A stretch of 61,191 bases of DNA from Candidatus Micrarchaeota archaeon. GTDB taxonomy: Archaea; Micrarchaeota; Micrarchaeia; Anstonellales; Bilamarchaeaceae. Of the stretch, positions 57,044-61,191 are shown in pieces. Within the stretch, counting starts at the first letter, position 1; each line of letters begins with the position of its first letter. Location of the stretch: contig JBGFRX010000008.1 of the NCBI GenBank assembly GCA_041694885.1, forward strand, positions 1 to 61,191. The letters are read 5' to 3'. The notes below the pieces were generated by a model. That model searched no databases. It saw only the letters and a program-made list of their open reading frames with translations, and was not told the DNA's origin. Made by a program: the position numbers and the translations under genes.

Positions 57044-60000
57044 ATGGATTTGGGAAAGAAGCTGCGGGATGCGCTTGCGAAAATCGCGAATCTCCCTGTT
57101 GTGGATGAAGCAGCAGTGAAAGGGCTGATAAAGGAGCTCCAGCGCACACTCATCTCGAGCGACGTGAACGTGAAATTGGTATTCGAATTGTCGAAGCGAA
57201 TAGAGCGGCGAGCCCTGCATGCTGAAAAAATGGAGGCGCTCACGCTCAGAGAGCACGTCCTGAAGGTTGTTTACGACGAATTGATTGGATTGATGGGAGA
57301 AAGTTATGAGCCGCGTGTGGACAGGCACAAGGTTTTATTGCTCGGGCTTTATGGATCGGGGAAATGCGTGCATGGGGACTCGCTTATTCCCCTAGGAGAT
57401 GGAAATGTACGTAGGATTCAGGAAATATATGAGGATTACGCAGCAAGGTTTAAGGCAGAGGAAACCGATGGCGGACAAATCATAAAATGCGGTTCCGAGG
57501 GGCCAATCGTCTATTCTATGAACCAAAAAACCCTTAAAATGGAAAAGAAAGCTGCAACAATTCTATGGAAACTCAAAAAAGATTCCAGACTCATCAGAAT
57601 AAGGTTGAATAATGGAAACAACCAGGATATAATAGTCACTCCGGAGCATCCTTTTTTCGTATTGAAAGGTGGAAATGTTGAAAAAATCAGGGCAGATGAA
57701 CTGACTGTACAAGCAACTGTAGCAGCCCCTGCTTATTTGCCTTATGGGGAAACCACTAAGCGATCTTTCCTGGATGACATTCTGGAAAAATTCAGCAGCG
57801 CATATTACGTGGCTGATAAACCCTTGGCCGAGGCGGTGAAAACGGATTTGCTTACGAAACATGGCACACTTGTCTCAGCGTTTAAGCAATTGCACTTGCC
57901 AATCGCATACTGCACGTTTACCGCTAACATAAAGCGGGGCATAGTGCCTTTGAGTTTGGTAACGCTTTTGGACAAACAAGAATTCCTAACAGCAAGGAAA
58001 AGAATCGTTGTGGCTGGTTCCAGAGGCTCGGTTGTGCAGCGCAAACTTACAATGCTGCCACATGAGGTCGATGAAGAATTGGCAGAATTTTTAGGATATG
58101 TTTTTGGAGACGGATACACCTACAAGGGTTATGTCGAAGTGACGAACAACGATTCCGAGATTCTGGAAAGGTTGGCATATTTGGGGAAACTATTGTTCAA
58201 CATAGAAGGCAGGATAAGGATTGACAAAAGGAATGATGTAAGAAAGATTACGTTCGCCTCCGTTGCTCTTGTCAAACTTGTCCATGACGTGTTCGGTCTG
58301 CCAATCGGCAAGAAAAGCAGGACATTGCGTATGCCGGACATTCTTCTGAAAAGTCCGGATTTTGTACTGAAGTTCTTCTTGCGAGGCTGTTTTGACACAG
58401 ATGGTTTTGTGGACATTACTCGTCGCCACATAGAATATTGCTCGGCAAGCCGGGAATTCATAGAGCAGTTGAGAGTCGTACTTCTCAGATTCGGCATTTT
58501 CTCGGCATTTTCCAAGAAGAGCGTGACTGCCGGAACTTACTATCGCCTATTCCTGCGAAGCGATGATGTCAATACGTTCGCAGAAAAAATTTCCACAGTA
58601 CTTCCAAGGAAACGAAAACGCATGGACGTGCTTTTGGGGATTTCCGGCCAAGGCCAGGGAAGACATCAGATGATTGATGTCGGCAAGCTGCTAAAGTCAG
58701 CGAGGCAATTAAATGGCATTTCGATAGGGGAACTGCAGCACAGCGTGAATTCGTACGGCATTTACGAGCATAGGGGTGAGATATCAAGGGTGGCTCTGAA
58801 AGGTTTCCTCAATGCGATTGAAAGGCCACATAAGAACTGGCTGGCGGTTCTCAAGAACATCAAGAATAGCCACTTTGGAGGTTCCGGCTCAAAAGGTTGG
58901 ATGAATGCCACGATAAGCCGTCTCCAACAGCAGAATTTCGTGGCCAGAGCGCATGGAGAATATAGTATAACCCCCCAAGGCGAGGAATTTTTGGATGATC
59001 TGGAAAAAGCAGACAATTCTGTTGTTGAACAGCTGCGCTTGCTTGCGTTATCAGATGTCTGCTGGATGAAGGTAAAGGATGTTGAAACTGCAGATGGTGG
59101 TGATTATGTATATGATCTAACTGTCGAGGAAAATCACAGCTTTATTGCAAATGGGATTGTGGTCCATAACACAACGTCCGCGAGCAAAGTTGCTTACTTC
59201 TATAAGTCCAGAGGGCTCTCGGTAGCGCTGGTGGGCGCTGATGTGGAAAGGCCTGCTGCACAGGAGCAGCTCAGGCAGCTTGCGAAAAAAATAGGGGTAA
59301 GGTATTACACCACAATGGGCGAGAAGGATGCTGCGAAAGTGGTGGAGAAGGCGCTGAAGGAGTCAAAGGAGGATGTGATAATAGTGGATTCCGCAGGAAG
59401 GAGTGCTTTCGATTCCGAATTAGAATGGGAGCTGCGAGGGATAGCGGATGCGCTCAGGCCTGATGAGAATTACCTTGTGCTGAATGCAGACATAGGCCAA
59501 ATCGCAGGAAAGCAGGCAGGGCAATTCTCCACCATCGTACCGCTTACTGGAGTGATCGTAACGAAAATGGATGGGAGCGGAAAGGGAGGGGGTGCGCTTT
59601 CAGCAGTTGCAGCAACCAAGACGAAAATCGCGTTCATCGGGGTGGGGGAAAAGACCGAAGACTTGGAGATTTACGATGCAAAAAGGTTCGTTTCCCGCTT
59701 GCTCGGAATGCCGGACATAAAGGGGCTCGTGGAAAAAGTGGAGAAGATACATAAGGAAGAGGAACTGGAGGAAATCGAGGGCGAAGAACTAACGATTGGG
59801 AATTTCTACAAGCAGCTCAAGGCAGCCAAGAAGATGGGTCCTTTGGGGAACGTTTTGGGGATGATGGGCATGAGCGATCTTCCAAAGGAGGTGCTCGCGA
59901 CAGGGGAAGAAAAGATGAAGAAATACGAGGCGATGATAAACTCTATGACAAAGGCGGAAAGGAAAGAAGCGTCGCTTTTGCGGAAGAGCAATGCGCGAAT

Positions 60001-60169
60001 AGAAAGAGTGGCGAAAGGCGCTGGCTGCTCGCCCCAAGACGTAAAATCTTTTTTAAATGAATTCGAGAAGATGGAGAAGATGATGAACATGTTCAGGAAG
60101 AACCGCGGATTCAGGAAGCAGATGGAGAAGTTCATGAAGGGAGGAAACTTAAAGGGGCTGGGAATTTAA
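57044..60169 (+). CDS. srp54: Signal recognition particle protein SRP54, intein-containing
   Basis: DVNVKLV, GLYGSGK|TT, DVERPAAQEQL, DSAGR, TKMDGSGKGGGALS, GVGEK, M-domain MINSMT..ER, RIERVAKGAG. About 439 aa after intein removal. Confidence 0.97.
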   Translation: MDLGKKLRDALAKIANLPVVDEAAVKGLIKELQRTLISSDVNVKLVFELSKRIERRALHAEKMEALTLREHVLKVVYDELIGLMGESYEPRVDRHKVLLLGLYGSGKCVHGDSLIPLGDGNVRRIQEIYEDYAARFKAEETDGGQIIKCGSEGPIVYSMNQKTLKMEKKAATILWKLKKDSRLIRIRLNNGNNQDIIVTPEHPFFVLKGGNVEKIRADELTVQATVAAPAYLPYGETTKRSFLDDILEKFSSAYYVADKPLAEAVKTDLLTKHGTLVSAFKQLHLPIAYCTFTANIKRGIVPLSLVTLLDKQEFLTARKRIVVAGSRGSVVQRKLTMLPHEVDEELAEFLGYVFGDGYTYKGYVEVTNNDSEILERLAYLGKLLFNIEGRIRIDKRNDVRKITFASVALVKLVHDVFGLPIGKKSRTLRMPDILLKSPDFVLKFFLRGCFDTDGFVDITRRHIEYCSASREFIEQLRVVLLRFGIFSAFSKKSVTAGTYYRLFLRSDDVNTFAEKISTVLPRKRKRMDVLLGISGQGQGRHQMIDVGKLLKSARQLNGISIGELQHSVNSYGIYEHRGEISRVALKGFLNAIERPHKNWLAVLKNIKNSHFGGSGSKGWMNATISRLQQQNFVARAHGEYSITPQGEEFLDDLEKADNSVVEQLRLLALSDVCWMKVKDVETADGGDYVYDLTVEENHSFIANGIVVHNTTSASKVAYFYKSRGLSVALVGADVERPAAQEQLRQLAKKIGVRYYTTMGEKDAAKVVEKALKESKEDVIIVDSAGRSAFDSELEWELRGIADALRPDENYLVLNADIGQIAGKQAGQFSTIVPLTGVIVTKMDGSGKGGGALSAVAATKTKIAFIGVGEKTEDLEIYDAKRFVSRLLGMPDIKGLVEKVEKIHKEEELEEIEGEELTIGNFYKQLKAAKKMGPLGNVLGMMGMSDLPKEVLATGEEKMKKYEAMINSMTKAERKEASLLRKSNARIERVAKGAGCSPQDVKSFLNEFEKMEKMMNMFRKNRGFRKQMEKFMKGGNLKGLGI
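57365..59170 (+). mobile_element. SRP54 intein (602 aa) with intact-looking LAGLIDADG endonuclease
   Basis: Starts CVHGDS right after the P-loop Lys; block B TPEHPFF; LGYVFGDG and FLRGCFDTDG; ends VYDLTVEENHSFIANGIVVHN; +1 Thr. Confidence 0.95.
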
Positions 60170-60201
60170 ACTTTTTTGGATAATTTTATGTGAGTGTTTT
60201 T

Positions 60202-60423
60202 ATGATTACCATAGACCATTCCGGATGCATATTGTGCGCTGGCTGCGCTGCGGTGTGCCCGTTTAGGGCAATAGAATGGGTTGGGACGAGGATGAAGGTG
60301 TATCCGGAAAAATGCACCGACTGTGGAATTTGCATTAAGGGATGTCCTGCTAATGTTATTGAATTGCACAAAGGAATAAAGGATGTAAAGGATCTTCCTC
60401 CGGAAACGAGGAAGAAGTTATAG
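60202..60423 (+). CDS. 2x[4Fe-4S] ferredoxin
   Basis: CILCAGCAAVCP and CTDCGICIKGCP. Confidence 0.93.
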   Translation: MITIDHSGCILCAGCAAVCPFRAIEWVGTRMKVYPEKCTDCGICIKGCPANVIELHKGIKDVKDLPPETRKKL

Positions 60424-60458
60424 GCGAAACGGGAGACCAAAAACCGCAAAGTGTTGGT

Positions 60459-61191
60459 ATGAAACACGATTACGACGCGATAATTATAGGTGCAGGACCT
60501 GCTGGAAGCACAATGGCGCGAATCCTTGCGCAGGAAGGCCACGATGTGCTTGTCATAGACAAAAGAAAGGATATTGGAAATCCGGTAAGGTGCGGCGAAG
60601 GGCTCGGGCAGAGGGAAGTTGTTGCGCAGGGCCTGGATTTGCCGAAGCAGGTCATTTCCAGCGAGATTCACGGCGCTAAAGTCGTTGCTCCTAATGGAAA
60701 AAGCATCTTTTGGAAAAGCAAGGACACCACTGGCTGGGTTCTGGAAAGGAAGATGTTCGACAAGTGGCTCGCTGAGCTTGCTGTACACAAAGGCGCAGAA
60801 ATTCATGCTTATACGAGGGCAGTTGATTTGGTGAAGAAGGACGGGAAGATAGGCGGCGTGCGGATTGAGAAATACGGAAAGGATGCATACGATGTCAGCG
60901 CTCCTCTTGTGGTGAGCGCTGAAGGGATGGAAGCGCACATCGCAGGGAAGGTGGGGTTCAGAACCGTACATAATCTTTATGATGTGGATACGTGCTACCA
61001 GTACGAGATGCAGCCCTACGAACACGAAAACCTTATTGAACTGTATTTCGGAAACGAAATCGCAGAACGCGGATACTGCTGGATCTTCCCGAAGAAAGAC
61101 AAGAAAGCGAATGTTGGCATTGGAATCGGCGCGCATTTAACGAAGTGGAATAAGAAAAGTGGCATAATGGGCGCTGACCCGAAAATTTTAC
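60459..61191 (+). CDS. Geranylgeranyl reductase family flavoprotein (5' part; runs off the window; not in the ORF track)
   Basis: MKHDYDAIIIGAGPAGS, IGNPVRCGEG, LERKMFDKWL, GYCWIFPK, ANVGIG. Confidence 0.92.
   Translation, partial: MKHDYDAIIIGAGPAGSTMARILAQEGHDVLVIDKRKDIGNPVRCGEGLGQREVVAQGLDLPKQVISSEIHGAKVVAPNGKSIFWKSKDTTGWVLERKMFDKWLAELAVHKGAEIHAYTRAVDLVKKDGKIGGVRIEKYGKDAYDVSAPLVVSAEGMEAHIAGKVGFRTVHNLYDVDTCYQYEMQPYEHENLIELYFGNEIAERGYCWIFPKKDKKANVGIGIGAHLTKWNKKSGIMGADPKIL

Noticed and set aside
60186-61136. 316-aa minus-strand ORF at the window end
   Set aside because: Antisense shadow of the ferredoxin and geranylgeranyl reductase genes, which have clear motifs on the plus strand.

Overview
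Archaeal chromosomal window, most likely DPANN/Micrarchaeota-like; this is inferred from gene content and 16S character and was not confirmed by a search. It is mostly translation and replication housekeeping: SBDS, rpl1-rplP0-rpl12, RtcB, RFC-S, ThrRS, IleRS, CysRS, PolD DP1/DP2, Pus10, KsgA, Map, SRP54. It also holds transporters, type IV pilus parts, a bacterial-type MetK next to ThyX, and a membrane-anchored lytic transglycosylase. The most notable non-coding content is as follows. (1) A stand-alone 16S rRNA gene is interrupted by seven bulge-helix-bulge (BHB) introns, two of which carry homing-endonuclease remnants. (2) Five tRNA genes carry seven introns in total, three at non-canonical positions. 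(3) Two inteins are present, one in RtcB and one in the P-loop of SRP54. (4) A leaderless, Thr-codon-rich 19-aa uORF with alternative RNA pairings lies directly upstream of thrS and resembles a bacterial thrL-type attenuator in an archaeon. All structures were derived by hand; no database searches or folding programs were run.
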